A stretch of 64,000 nt of DNA from Candidatus Hydrogenedentota bacterium (lineage in GTDB: Bacteria; Hydrogenedentota; Hydrogenedentia; Hydrogenedentales; SLHB01): the NCBI GenBank assembly GCA_963668025.2, contig CAXXTH010000010.1:512001-576000 (forward strand), given 5' to 3'. Every line of letters starts with the position of its first letter. Position 1 is the first letter of the stretch. The notes under the pieces were generated by a model. That model searched no databases. It saw only the letters and a program-made list of their open reading frames with translations, and was not told the DNA's origin. The translations under genes were made by a program, and so were the position numbers. Below, piece by piece: positions 50,276-61,735 of this stretch.

Positions 50276-53200
50276 TTATTCCATGAGGCCCTTGGCCGCA
50301 AGGGCATCCCAGTCCACGTTATCAAAAGCGTCGGTAAGATCATGGATCAGGGCATCAAGCCCAACCACTTGCCCGCTGGCTTCATCCATTCGCCCCTCCT
50401 TTGCCGCTAACTCGACCTTCTGAGCGGCTTCGCGCAGGCGTTCCGCGCACACGGTCGCGGCTTGGCCCTTGATGGTATGGGCATGCAGCGCCACGGCGGA
50501 TGAATCTCCTGTCTCAAGCGCGGCAATCAGCCGCTGGAATTGAAGGGGCATATCTTGCGCCATGAGGCTCGATAGCTTTCGGAGCCGCTGCACATTGCCT
50601 CCAACAATATCGAGCGCTTTATCTAAATCAAGCGGATAAGGTATCACGGGCACGAGTATCGGCGGGGCGTCCTGCTCGATGGGCATTTCTTCTCCCATGG
50701 ATGAAAAATCTGGCGTGTTAGATCTCCGCCCGCCCCGAATGGATGCGAAAAGCGGTTTGGTATCTGGTTTTCCAAACACAATACTGGCGCCAGCTTCGCG
50801 TATCTCATTAACTATAGGATCCTCACGGGACAAAGCAGTCCACACAATCACTCGAGTACGCGCATAACGGGTTTGGCTGCGAACAAAACGGACAAATGCG
50901 GGGCCGTCCAGTCCAGGTACGCGGGCTTCCATGACAACCAGTTCGGGAAGGAAACTGCCGAGAAATACCTGGGCTTCGAGCGCATTCTGGGCGATTCGGG
51001 GATTGGATTGCGGCAGATTCTGCCGAACCTGCCCCATTAGTAAGCTTGCAATCTCCGAATTTTCTTCGATGATCAGCAGCCGGGCCATGTCGGCAACGGG
51101 TGCGGCGTTGATTTGCGCATTCACATACTTGCGGAGCATCTCGGTCACGCCCGCTATCCGGATAGGTTTTCCCAAATAATCATCCATTCCCGCCTCGATG
51201 CATTTTTCCCGATCACCTTGCATGACATTGGCGGTCATGGCCACGATGGGCACGCGGCGCACGGGCACATTCTCAAGAAGCAAGCGCTGCTCATACTCGC
51301 GTATCTGGCGGCAGGCGGTGAGGCCATCCATTTCCGGCATTTGGACATCCATGAAAATGAGGGCGTATTCGCCATTTTGGCGCATTTCAACCGCTTCCAG
51401 GCCATTCGCCGCGCAATCCACGCTGCATCCGGCTTCATGCAAAATCTCGCGCGCCACGAGGCGGTTTACTTCATTATCTTCCGCTAAAAGCACATTCGGC
51501 GAGCTGAAGCTGTCCCCCTCTGTTTTCTCATTAAGCTTCGTGGCGGATTCGCCCTCGATACGGATATCCTGCTTCCCTTCGGGCGGCGTTTCCTTAAACA
51601 GCGGCAATTGCTTGCCTTGCCGGTACATGTGCCAGAGCCGGGACATCGTGTCATATAGCCGGGATGGAGTCACCGGCTTGACAAGGCACTCGGCTACCCC
51701 GATATCAGCCATTTGTCGGGTATCCGACAAACGGCTCATGCTGGTCAGTAACACTAAGAACGAATGCTTTGCCGCGGGTTCGCTGCGCAAGGCTCGAGCT
51801 ACCTGCTCCCCATCCATGTCCGATGTATGGTGGTCAATGAGAATCAACCAATTTGGTTCATGGCGGTTAAAGGCTTCACGGATTTCCTCGATGGCGTGCT
51901 GGCCGGAATCAAAGGCCTGGCTGCGCATGCCCCATGATTCGATCTGCTCACTCAAAATGCTCTGGGAGATGGCATTCGAGCCGACAATTACCACCCATGA
52001 GCCCCGCATGTCCGCCACTAGAGAGCTGCGCGCCACTGGACCGCGCTCCGTGTCTTGCATGCGCCTATCAATCGGCAGCCGGAGGGTGAACGTAAATGCG
52101 GAGCCTTCGCCTATGCGGCTCTTCACACTGAGTTCCCCGCCCATGTTTTCCACGAGGCGCCTGCTGATGGCAAGCCCGAGGCCAGTGCCCCCGTACCGGC
52201 GCGTGATGGAGCCATCTGCTTGCGTGAAAAACTCAAATATGCGGTCCAGCTTGTCTTCCGCCATGCCAATGCCTGTATCCACGACGCTAAGCCGCATCAA
52301 GCAGGTGTTGTTTTGCGTTTCTTCTGGCTGTTCGATACAGCCCACATCCAGCAGAATATAGCCTTTTTCGGTGAATTTGACGGCGTTTCCGATGAGGTTA
52401 GTAAGAACCTGCCGCACACGCCCGACATCTCCCAGGAAAAAGCGCGGCGCATGCGGGGCGTACCGCGTGATCAATTCCAGCCCTCTGTTCTCCACGCCAA
52501 CGGAAAAAAGCTGCGCCACGCTGGAGACCGCGGCTTCTAGATCAAAGGGAGCGCATTCGAGCGGGGCTTTGCCTGCCTCGAGTTTTGAATAATCCAGCAC
52601 ATCGTTAATGATGCTCACGAGTGCTTCACCCGAGCGCACCATCGTTTCCGTATATGTACGCTGCTCTTCCGTCAAATCCGTTCGCAAGAGCAACTCCGCC
52701 ATGCCCAGCACCCCATTCATGGGCGTGCGGATTTCATGGCTCATATTGGCCAGGAAATCTCCTTTGGCGCGGGCAGCCGATTCGGCGCGCTCCTTTTCAA
52801 GCTGCAAGGCCGCTTCGACCGCCTTGCGTTCCGTAATGTCGCGGGCGGTGGCCAGAATCAAGCACCGGCCCGCCGTCTCGACCGTGCTTAATAAAATCTC
52901 GATGGGGAACTCATGGCCGTCTTTATGCTTGAATACCGCTTCCGCCCGCCCATATTGATCCGAAAACCCACTCGATACCGTCTGCGACGGCCAAGAGGGC
53001 TCCACGACCAAGCAGGTCCACAGTCCCATTGGCCCCATGGCCAAGATCTCATCACAAGAAAAGCCGGTCAAAACAGATGCCGTAGCATTAGTATCTAAAA
53101 AGCAGAGCGCCTCGATGTCGATGATAAAGACCGCATCCGCGGAATTGTCCAAAGCCGAACGGAACCGCATGAGCGCTTCTTCCGCAGCCAGGCGGGAAGT

Positions 53201-54835
53201 GATATCCATCATGGTGAGTAAAATATAGGTTTGGCCGGAGCGTTCGAGCACGGCCCCTTGCACCGACACGGGCGCTTCACTGCCGTCCTTACGCAGCAAT
53301 GAGGTCTCATATCCTGCGGAGCTGCCGCTACGAAGCAGATCCTCGAGCCGGGCGCATTGGGCATCCCGCATATCTTTGGGCGAAAAATCCCACAAGCATT
53401 GCAAGAGCACCGTCTGCACACTGCGGCCGGTTATCCGGGCGAAAGCCTCATTCACATCCACAAAGCGGCCATCCGGCAGCACAAGCGCCATTCCTACGGG
53501 AGAGTTGGCAAAAAGGCTGCGGCTGTATTGCTCGCTTTCTCGAAGCGATTCTTCCACTTGTTTGCGCTGGGTGGCGTCGAGCAGCATATTCAGACGGCCA
53601 AGGCGGCCATCCGGCAGCGGCAAGGGAGAGCTAGACGCATAAAACCACAGGCATGTTTTGGGATCACAAAACTCCCAGCGCGCCGTCTCATCCGGCGGCA
53701 AATCGCAAAACGAACCGGATGCTTGCATCATCACATCACAGGGGAAAATATCTACAATATCAAGCCCGGAGGTATTCCTGCCTGCATATTCATTGAACAA
53801 GGCGTTGGCGTATTCCACGCGGTTTGCGTCATCCGTTACAAACATAAAGCCATCAAAAGAGTCAAACATCGCCCTCAAACGCAAATCGAACTCCTCTTTT
53901 TGGCGGGATTCCATGCGCTCCGCCGAGATGTCGCGGCTAATCGATGAAAGCCCAATGATAATCCCGCCAGGATCGCGGATAGGCGAAACCCTCGTGTTGA
54001 CCTCGATTCGCACGCCATCCTTGCGCACCCGTACCGATTCGCGGCTCACCGCTTTTCCAAGCCGGCACACCTCATCGAACAAGATGCATAGCTCTTCCCG
54101 GCGCTCTTCCGGATATATCATCGCGACAGGCTGGCCGATGATCTCAGAAGCGGCGTATCCATAAATCCGCACCGCGCCGGCATTCCATTTGATGACCGTG
54201 CCCTCGGGCGAGCATCCTATAACGGCATCATCGGTAGATTCGATGAGAAACTCGATCTGGCGCGCATCTTCTTCCGCCTGCCGCGCATCCGTCACATCAA
54301 TCAGCGCCGCCAACACAAGGCGGGGCTCCATTTCGAGTGCGGGAAACAAGGCGCATTCCGCATGCGCCCAGCGGTTATGCTGGTTTCGCAGGGAGATCTC
54401 GAGATCACAAGCCGCCCGCTCACTGCCTCCGAGCACATCCCGGATGCATTGGCCTAGCAATTCTCGGCTTGGTTCCGTCAGGAATGTATAGACAGACCGC
54501 CCCTTGATGTGGGAACGTTCGATGCCCAGCATGCTCGATAGCGCTAGATTGGCCTCGGAAATGATGCCATCATGATCCGCGGAGAGGCACGCCACGGGCG
54601 CTAAATCGAACAGCTCATAATATCGATTCCGGGAAACCTCGAGTTCCGTACGCGATAAGCAAAGCTCCTCATTTTGGATCTCGAGTTCGGTTTGATAAAT
54701 GCGGAGTTCTTCGATTAATTCATCCGCGGATGCATAACACTCTTCATCGGGCCTCGCTTGACTCTGCGAGAGCATTTCTCTAGCTTTTTGGCGGAGTTCT
54801 TCCTCATGTGGTTCGCGTTTTGCACTGTCTGACAT
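50276..54835 (-). CDS. Multi-PAS hybrid histidine kinase (about 5 PAS-HisKA-HATPase-3 REC-Hpt)
   Basis: FLANMSHEIRTPMN, NLIGNAVKFT, GGTGLGL, LLAEDN..MDVQMP, AHTIKG. Confidence 0.95.
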   Translation of the reverse strand: MSDSAKREPHEEELRQKAREMLSQSQARPDEECYASADELIEELRIYQTELEIQNEELCLSRTELEVSRNRYYELFDLAPVACLSADHDGIISEANLALSSMLGIERSHIKGRSVYTFLTEPSRELLGQCIRDVLGGSERAACDLEISLRNQHNRWAHAECALFPALEMEPRLVLAALIDVTDARQAEEDARQIEFLIESTDDAVIGCSPEGTVIKWNAGAVRIYGYAASEIIGQPVAMIYPEERREELCILFDEVCRLGKAVSRESVRVRKDGVRIEVNTRVSPIRDPGGIIIGLSSISRDISAERMESRQKEEFDLRLRAMFDSFDGFMFVTDDANRVEYANALFNEYAGRNTSGLDIVDIFPCDVMMQASGSFCDLPPDETARWEFCDPKTCLWFYASSSPLPLPDGRLGRLNMLLDATQRKQVEESLRESEQYSRSLFANSPVGMALVLPDGRFVDVNEAFARITGRSVQTVLLQCLWDFSPKDMRDAQCARLEDLLRSGSSAGYETSLLRKDGSEAPVSVQGAVLERSGQTYILLTMMDITSRLAAEEALMRFRSALDNSADAVFIIDIEALCFLDTNATASVLTGFSCDEILAMGPMGLWTCLVVEPSWPSQTVSSGFSDQYGRAEAVFKHKDGHEFPIEILLSTVETAGRCLILATARDITERKAVEAALQLEKERAESAARAKGDFLANMSHEIRTPMNGVLGMAELLLRTDLTEEQRTYTETMVRSGEALVSIINDVLDYSKLEAGKAPLECAPFDLEAAVSSVAQLFSVGVENRGLELITRYAPHAPRFFLGDVGRVRQVLTNLIGNAVKFTEKGYILLDVGCIEQPEETQNNTCLMRLSVVDTGIGMAEDKLDRIFEFFTQADGSITRRYGGTGLGLAISRRLVENMGGELSVKSRIGEGSAFTFTLRLPIDRRMQDTERGPVARSSLVADMRGSWVVIVGSNAISQSILSEQIESWGMRSQAFDSGQHAIEEIREAFNRHEPNWLILIDHHTSDMDGEQVARALRSEPAAKHSFLVLLTSMSRLSDTRQMADIGVAECLVKPVTPSRLYDTMSRLWHMYRQGKQLPLFKETPPEGKQDIRIEGESATKLNEKTEGDSFSSPNVLLAEDNEVNRLVAREILHEAGCSVDCAANGLEAVEMRQNGEYALIFMDVQMPEMDGLTACRQIREYEQRLLLENVPVRRVPIVAMTANVMQGDREKCIEAGMDDYLGKPIRIAGVTEMLRKYVNAQINAAPVADMARLLIIEENSEIASLLMGQVRQNLPQSNPRIAQNALEAQVFLGSFLPELVVMEARVPGLDGPAFVRFVRSQTRYARTRVIVWTALSREDPIVNEIREAGASIVFGKPDTKPLFASIRGGRRSNTPDFSSMGEEMPIEQDAPPILVPVIPYPLDLDKALDIVGGNVQRLRKLSSLMAQDMPLQFQRLIAALETGDSSAVALHAHTIKGQAATVCAERLREAAQKVELAAKEGRMDEASGQVVGLDALIHDLTDAFDNVDWDALAAKGLME

Positions 54836-54994
54836 ACTCACCCTCTCCACAGCATGTCTCTCATGGCGCACCATTGGCGATTTTTGCCGCAATACCCATT
54901 GCGGCAAGCCAGACTATGTATCAGACGCCACGCAGTATTCTACGCTAAACCAGTATTCTTCGCATCATAAAACGAATACCCAGAAAAATAGCCT

Positions 54995-57868
54995 CTATAA
55001 CACCTCAAATTCGATTGTAGAGATAGCATAGGACTGCACGGTGAATGTTAGCATGTGCGGGGAATCCAACGAAAGCTCCTCCACTCGCTGTTCATTCAAA
55101 TCCGTCCGCCATGCGCGGGCCACTGGGGTGTGGAAACGAATACGCCCTTGAAGCGTGTCATGGGTGGGATTATATACGCGCAACACATAGGAACGGGCCG
55201 GAACGCCATTCGTGGGCTGCGCTTTCTTGAGGGCGGAAAAACGCAACTCAGGCGTCTCAATCACAAATAAAGAACCTTGCTTCGCGGGAAAGACGCCTTC
55301 ATGGGCTCGAGTTTGCACAAGCCGCACGGGCGCATTGAACCGTTCGGCAGCCAATGGCGCTTGCGCCGCCCGCCAATCGCCCTCATGCGGATATAAGGCG
55401 TACCGGATCTCATGGCCGCCCAGGCATTGCCCGCCTTTTTGAGAGGGGAAGCTGGAGGAGCAGCGCATTTCCGTGCAGATCCAATTGCGCATGGAACGCA
55501 ACAAGGATAACGCCACGGTCCGTTCGGCGTTGTCCTCCACCTCGTATTCGGTGAGGCTATCGTTCAGGAAGGCGATACCCATTTCACCATCGCTTACATC
55601 CACGAAATTATTCTGGGGCAATGTCGCCATATCGGGCCACACGATATCCGGCGATGGACCTTGGGGCCGGATGGGCCGCCGGTCCACGATAAAATGGCCG
55701 CCCGCATCGGCGTACATGGCTTTCGAGAGATGCGTGGGGAACATGGCCCGGAGATAATGGTCTTCATGGCGGTTCTCGAATGTCACCCGGACATCCACTT
55801 GGCGTTGCCCCGCGTGCAGGGTCACAGCAGTGCGAATGGTGAGTGCTTCGAGCGCATCACCCCGGCGCTGCTGCTCACGGATGCCCCGGGCCGGGAGCCG
55901 CATCGTGATTTCGCTGAGCAAAGTGGCCTGCAAGGGGCCAGATTCCTCGGTCCAAATCCGCGCCGAACAGCCCAGGCTCGTATGGACTTGATCAAACATG
56001 GGCTTTTCGTTGATCCAATAGTCGCCATGCTCGCCCCGGTCTTCATAATAATTGAGCGAGGGGAAAGTATGGCCCAGGGATTTGTCCGTAAGATCGAATG
56101 TGCCATTGAGATTCATCACGACGCGCAGGTATTCGTTCTCGATGGTATGCGGATTCGTCCGCAAGGTGTTGGTGCGTTCATGCAGGTCGGACCAGGCGGC
56201 CGCCTTGCCCCGGTCTTCGGCGGGCTTTCCAGCACGAAACAGCTTATAGCCACACGCGGGCACCTCGCCCGTATCGAAATACACCAAATGCCGCTGGCAG
56301 GCAAGTGGCAGCGCGCGGGTATGAATCTCGGTGACACAATACGTCTCCTTGCTCATCCCTTGCCATTGCGTACCCACCGGCTGGCCATCCGCGTCATACA
56401 TCTGGATACGGTCGCCCGTGGAGCCCCACATGGCGGCGCTTTCGTGCTTGCATGGCATATTGACGAAGGCTTCCACAATCTCCCGGCGGGGATACGGCAG
56501 CGGATTCACGACCATGATGAGGACATCGCCATCGTCGAAGTTGCTCATATCCACCCGCTTAACGAGTTCTTGCATGGCGCGGTTGCCCAGCACTTCCGAC
56601 AGCTCGATCACCTGGTCCAGACGGTATAAGACATCCCGCACGAGCTTGTCTTGGGTGACACCGTTAATCGAGTCATGCGGATGCGATTCGAGCAGGAATT
56701 GCCACGCTTTTTCGAGCAAGGCGTCCTGCCCTGGCGCTCCCGCCATTTCCAGCAACATCGTCAACGGCTCCGCATACCGGATCAACAGGTTCTGCGCCTG
56801 CTTGTTCATGCGCTTGATATACAGGCGCGTCGCAAGGGCATTGGCCGTGGCCGCGCTCGCGGGACCATCCCGCAGTTCGCCCTCGACCACCGTGAGCGCC
56901 GAACGGTCCAGCTTCTCTTTCATGAGCTGGACGTATTCGGCCATGCCCGTGTGAATCCATTCATGTTCGGGATCCACTTCATTGAGCCGGGCCACCATCT
57001 CGGGAAACAGGGGCTGAGCCGAAGTGTAATCGCAGCCATTCATCATCAACCGGTCATCCGCCAGGAGGCTGTCGTCCATGGTGCGCCAGTTGAGCTCCGC
57101 CATCTCTTTGGTGACGATTTCCGGATGCCATGTGGCGGGCGGATCAAGCCGGGCGTGATCCTGCTCCATCTGCCCTCGGTCGGCGCGGTGATAGGCAATT
57201 CCACCGTTGGCCCAGTCATACGCCCACTGGCCGCCCATATGGTCAACGCCCCACAGCGCCGAAAGGTGCATATAAAAATAGAAATTGTGCCGTCCCGCCG
57301 GGCCAAACCGCGTACACAAGAGTTCCGAGCCATCGGGACCGCGCCAGATAAATTCGGCATTCGGAGCGCGGCGGACAGGGTCCACCCGTTTGCCCACCAT
57401 GGCCACATCCATTCCAAAACCTGCATAGATCTGCGGCAATTGGGCCGTCTGGCCCCAGCCAAACGAGGTGTAGCCCAACAAGGTTGCGCCTCCCAAGGCC
57501 TCCGCTTTGCGGCAGCCCCATAACAAGTTTCGTACCAAACACTCGCCATCCACGGGATATTCATCCGGCAAGGTGTACCATGGCCCGATGAGCAGCTTGC
57601 CGCTCTTCACCAGCGCATCGAGCCGCTCCGCCATCTCGGGGCGGACTTCCAGATAATCCAATAGCGGAATGACTTGGCCATCCAGCAGAAAACTGGGATA
57701 TTTCCCCGATTCGAGCACATCGATGAGTTCGTCCATGAACGCCACCAGCATCAAGCGCGTCTCCCAAATCGGATACCGCCATTCGCGGTCCCAATGGGTG
57801 TGAGAGACAATATGGGCGGCAGGTTTCCGGCTGGATTCAGGCTGTGTATGCATGTGGGAATGCTCCAT
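54995..57868 (-). CDS. GH38 alpha-mannosidase (MngB-like)
   Basis: SHTHWDREW, LDGQ, IGPWY, HDSING; start uncertain. Confidence 0.92.
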   Translation of the reverse strand: MEHSHMHTQPESSRKPAAHIVSHTHWDREWRYPIWETRLMLVAFMDELIDVLESGKYPSFLLDGQVIPLLDYLEVRPEMAERLDALVKSGKLLIGPWYTLPDEYPVDGECLVRNLLWGCRKAEALGGATLLGYTSFGWGQTAQLPQIYAGFGMDVAMVGKRVDPVRRAPNAEFIWRGPDGSELLCTRFGPAGRHNFYFYMHLSALWGVDHMGGQWAYDWANGGIAYHRADRGQMEQDHARLDPPATWHPEIVTKEMAELNWRTMDDSLLADDRLMMNGCDYTSAQPLFPEMVARLNEVDPEHEWIHTGMAEYVQLMKEKLDRSALTVVEGELRDGPASAATANALATRLYIKRMNKQAQNLLIRYAEPLTMLLEMAGAPGQDALLEKAWQFLLESHPHDSINGVTQDKLVRDVLYRLDQVIELSEVLGNRAMQELVKRVDMSNFDDGDVLIMVVNPLPYPRREIVEAFVNMPCKHESAAMWGSTGDRIQMYDADGQPVGTQWQGMSKETYCVTEIHTRALPLACQRHLVYFDTGEVPACGYKLFRAGKPAEDRGKAAAWSDLHERTNTLRTNPHTIENEYLRVVMNLNGTFDLTDKSLGHTFPSLNYYEDRGEHGDYWINEKPMFDQVHTSLGCSARIWTEESGPLQATLLSEITMRLPARGIREQQRRGDALEALTIRTAVTLHAGQRQVDVRVTFENRHEDHYLRAMFPTHLSKAMYADAGGHFIVDRRPIRPQGPSPDIVWPDMATLPQNNFVDVSDGEMGIAFLNDSLTEYEVEDNAERTVALSLLRSMRNWICTEMRCSSSFPSQKGGQCLGGHEIRYALYPHEGDWRAAQAPLAAERFNAPVRLVQTRAHEGVFPAKQGSLFVIETPELRFSALKKAQPTNGVPARSYVLRVYNPTHDTLQGRIRFHTPVARAWRTDLNEQRVEELSLDSPHMLTFTVQSYAISTIEFEVL

Positions 57869-58065
57869 GTGTTTTCGGGGCAAACCGCCCGCCGATTTGA
57901 TTCCTATACATGCGGCCAAGGCTTGTACAAAACCTTAAGCGCAACACCAGAAGCATAGCAAAATTTGCATCATAAATGCGAATATTATCAGGCAAATATT
58001 TGCACGTGGAGCCATTATATGAGGCCATACGCCATAAAAAGCGCAGCAGAGGTCTTGCTTTATCT

Positions 58066-58095
58066 AACCGCGAATAGACGCGAATGAACGCGAAT
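58066..58095 (+). repeat. 10-bp-period repeat (cgcgaat x3)
   Basis: aaccgcgaat agacgcgaat gaacgcgaat. Confidence 0.65.
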
Positions 58096-58373
58096 GAATC
58101 AGCTCGAGGTTTTCATGGCATTGTGGTTTTGCCATTCGGATATAGGATGTGCAGAGATATTTCTGGCGTCCGTTTTCTAGCCATATTTGCGTCTTAGCGG
58201 CTTTGCGTAAAATAAGAGTCAAGATAAACCTTCTGACGTGGGCGCTGTCCACCACCCAATGGAACATCATGAATCTGGCGTTTTTCGCGCCCTATAAACC
58301 ATTGCAATAACGTTACTTGCGACTGAAGTCGAAAAATTTTCTTGTTCTTTTGTAGAAGCTGGAGCGTGAGGTG

Positions 58374-59345
58374 CTAGTCGCCCAAGCCTAAGCTTTGGTA
58401 TACCTCATCGACGATTTCCGCGCTCCGGAGCAAGGCGGAGCGTTCATTCGCGGATAGATCAAGCTCGAAATGGGTATGCGCGCCGTGCCGGCTCACGAGC
58501 GTGGGTATCGACAGGCAGACATTTTGCAGGCGGTAGCTGCCTTCCATGCGCCTGCTCAGCGTCAGAACGGAGTCTTGCGAAAGAGACAAGCATTCCGCGA
58601 TGCGCACTGTCGCAAGGCCGATGGCGAAATGCGTAGCGCCTTTCCGTTCGATGATGCGGTAGGCGGCCTGCCGCACATCCTGCTCGATGCGCTCGGCCAC
58701 TTCGGGTGTAAGCGAGAGGTCACGCTGCTCGGCATATTCCGAGATATGGAAGGGGCCAATCATGGCGCGGCTCCATACAAGCACTTCGCTATCGCCGTGC
58801 TCGCCAATGACATAGGTATGCACATGGCGCGGGAGAATATTAAAAAACTGGCTGATGAGATTGCGGAACCGGGCCGTATCGAGCACTGTCCCTGAACCAA
58901 ATACTTGCCTTGCAGGCAAGCCCGAGAGCTTCAACGCCACGCGTGTCATCACATCCACCGGATTGGTGACGATCATGAAGGCGGCATCTGGATTCCGTTC
59001 GGACAGGAGCGGGAAAAATCCTGAGTAGATGCGGGTGTTGCGCTGGACCAGATCGAGGCGCGATTCGCCGGGCTTTTGCGCGGCTCCCGCCGTGATGATG
59101 ATCAGGCCGCACTGTTCGACTTCATCCAAATCCGCGACGGAGAGTTTGGCGTGCTCCGTGAAAGGCAGGCAGTGTTGCAAATCCATCATCTCGCCTTCGG
59201 CGCGGCGGCGATCGAGATCGACCAGCACAATCTCTGAGGCGGAACCGGCTTGCAGCATGGCATAGGCCGTGGTAGCGCCCACCGCGCCTACGCCGATGAT
59301 GGCCACCTTGTCAATGTGAAATAAGTGTGCTTCCACTTGGCTCAT
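58374..59345 (-). CDS. ldh: L-lactate dehydrogenase
   Basis: GVGAVG, AGAAQKPGESRLDL (Gln specificity residue), TNPVD, GTVLDTAR, GEHGDS. Confidence 0.93.
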   Translation of the reverse strand: MSQVEAHLFHIDKVAIIGVGAVGATTAYAMLQAGSASEIVLVDLDRRRAEGEMMDLQHCLPFTEHAKLSVADLDEVEQCGLIIITAGAAQKPGESRLDLVQRNTRIYSGFFPLLSERNPDAAFMIVTNPVDVMTRVALKLSGLPARQVFGSGTVLDTARFRNLISQFFNILPRHVHTYVIGEHGDSEVLVWSRAMIGPFHISEYAEQRDLSLTPEVAERIEQDVRQAAYRIIERKGATHFAIGLATVRIAECLSLSQDSVLTLSRRMEGSYRLQNVCLSIPTLVSRHGAHTHFELDLSANERSALLRSAEIVDEVYQSLGLGD

Positions 59346-59383
59346 GGGCGTCTCCTCCGGAAATAGCGGACATGCCGCGGTTC

Positions 59384-61735
59384 TCATGGGGTGGTGGTGT
59401 CTGGTCCAGGCGCATATGGGTCAAAGGGACTCATTGAAAAGCCCAGCAAGTCGTTAAGATTGGGAAACGCGGGGCTGGTGCGGCTGATGCGCCATACCCC
59501 CTCTTGATTGACAAATGAAAACAAGACCTCGCCATTGCCCATATAGGGAAACCAAACGGGGAGATCCGCCGTCCGCCCCGTGCTGTCGGATAGGGCTACA
59601 CCCGAGACATAACAATACACCGAGACATCCAATTGGCCGGGAGCTTCTTCCGGGCCAATAGACCAGCGCCGCACTTGCCAGCCCATCCGGCAAGACGTAT
59701 ACCGCTCGAAAAAACCACTTGAAGGCCCGCTGGACATATTGCCGCCGCCATCCTTGCGGGTCTTCGTAGTCGGCGGCATACAAATCCATCACACTGGTGA
59801 GATCCTTGGCCGCCACCCGCCTGGGCCATGGCCTCTACACGCTGGACTATGGCTCCGGCAATGGGCCTCTGGGCCTCCGCGAGGGTTTCCACCTGGGTTT
59901 GCCAGGATTGCTCTTTTGGCCGAGGATCTTCGGGCTTATCGATGGGCGCGCTCTTGGCGTAATCCAACACAGGCCCTAAAAAGACTTCCTCATCTATCCG
60001 GCTTTCCACCGCGCTCAGCACCAGGTAGTCGCCGTAATTGACCACCCCCTTCGAAAGGTTCCTCTTCGTTGGTGAGCGCGGTAACGGCATACGCCACGGC
60101 GCTTTGGGCGTCAGGAGCCGTATCAGTCCATTCCTGCCCGCCGATATCATCCGCCGCGAGCGCAAACCGCAACTGGGGCGGCACGCGCTTATACACGCGA
60201 TAGGCCACATCGCCCGCGCGCGCCGGCCATGTGAGGGCAACCACGCCATCCTTGCGCGTGGCCTCGACGCCGCGAACCGGCTTGGGCAGGCTGGGCAGCC
60301 GGAAAGTCTGCTCCTGGTATACATTTTCCCGCGTATTCATGACATATACGCCCCGGCCTGCTTGAACGATAAACGCGCTGCCGATGCCGTCAGGGACGTA
60401 ATACTTGTCCAACAGAGTGGTCCATTCGGCGGGGGAATTGACCATTCCCTGGCCGGACAATCTGCTCGATGCCGGGCAGGCTTTCTTTGACTACATACGG
60501 TGAAATGATCGGCACCCCAATAAGTGGCGCCCCCGTATTGAGAATGAGTTCGGGCGCGAGTGCAAGGTTATCGAGGCTATATGCGCCTTGAATCATGAGG
60601 CCCCCGGTCATACACGGCATCAATATCACGCAGATTGAAATGGAAATCCTGCGTATTGCGGGAAGGTGCGAGCTGAAACGCCACTTTGGCTTTCTTGGCC
60701 ACGAATTCCCGGCGGGCGATGGCATGCCGGTTTTGAATATCATCTAGGGCGGGATAAATGGCTTCATCCCACATATTGCGCCCGACGCCCAGCCATAAAT
60801 CCTGGCTGCGCTCGAATACATACACACACGCCCCCCGTCATGGCCCCATTGAGAATCATGGCGCGGTATAGGCTGGGAGGCATGGCCTCTGGCCCTTTGG
60901 GCACGCCATAAACACCGGGCATAACAAAACGGGCGTCTACATACCAATTGGCCGTGGGGGCCACGCCCCACTGTTCCGCGGCGCCTTCGAGCCATAAGCC
61001 CATGACGGAGCTGATCTGCTGGATGGCGTGGGAGCCACGGAATCCGGCAATCGGGATGACATAGCGGCTTGCGCCGCGCATCTTCTCATAAAGCGGTTTG
61101 CACCAGACATTGGACATGGCGCGCGCCCAGCCCAATTCGTCCAGCCGGATGGCCACGAATTTCCCATACCGGGGGGCAAGATCAAGCAAGCCCATCAGCC
61201 AGCGCACAGGAGGAGGCTCGCCTAATGTAGCCGCCGCCGCCGAATTCGTAGTATTCATTAAATAGGAAGCCACCCGCCGTGACTCCTTTGATGCACGAGA
61301 ACTCGCGAAGCAGCTTTTCGGCCAATTCGAGGGGGCTAATCCGCCCGGGCGCGCCATCGGCCAGTTGAATCGCCACCGGCACTTCGGCTTGCTGGAGTTC
61401 AACTAAAAGCGCCCGCACCTGGCGTTCCGTTTCATCGGGAGCAGGGCCGGCGCAAGGAATCTCGAGCACGGAAAAAGGCTTGAGCGTCTCTGGGATAGCC
61501 GTCCACATGGCCAAGATATTACGGGCGGGGCGACTCCACCCCGCTGGGGCCGAGCCCCGCCGCGGAGAATATATACAAAGGGTGATCCGCGCTGATCTCG
61601 ATGCCTAATGGCGGCAGCGAACCAGCTTCGGGCGGGGCTTGCTCCTGGGCCGCCAAAACAGGCCCAAGCGCCACCGCCCAGACAGAAAACCGCGGCTAAT
61701 CTTTTCCCCGTGTATCGAGTCCACAATGCATGCAT
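59384..61735 (-). pseudogene. Multiply frameshifted secreted GH98-like protein with FN3 and NTF2-like C-terminal modules
   Basis: Consecutive overlapping minus-strand fragments; GLWLEG..EQWG, NGAMTG..VY.FE and IARREFV..KAKV resemble GH98; VALTW..YRVY..YAVTA resembles FN3. Confidence 0.55.

Noticed and set aside
51198-52361. 387-aa plus-strand ORF
   Set aside because: Antisense shadow of the hybrid kinase.
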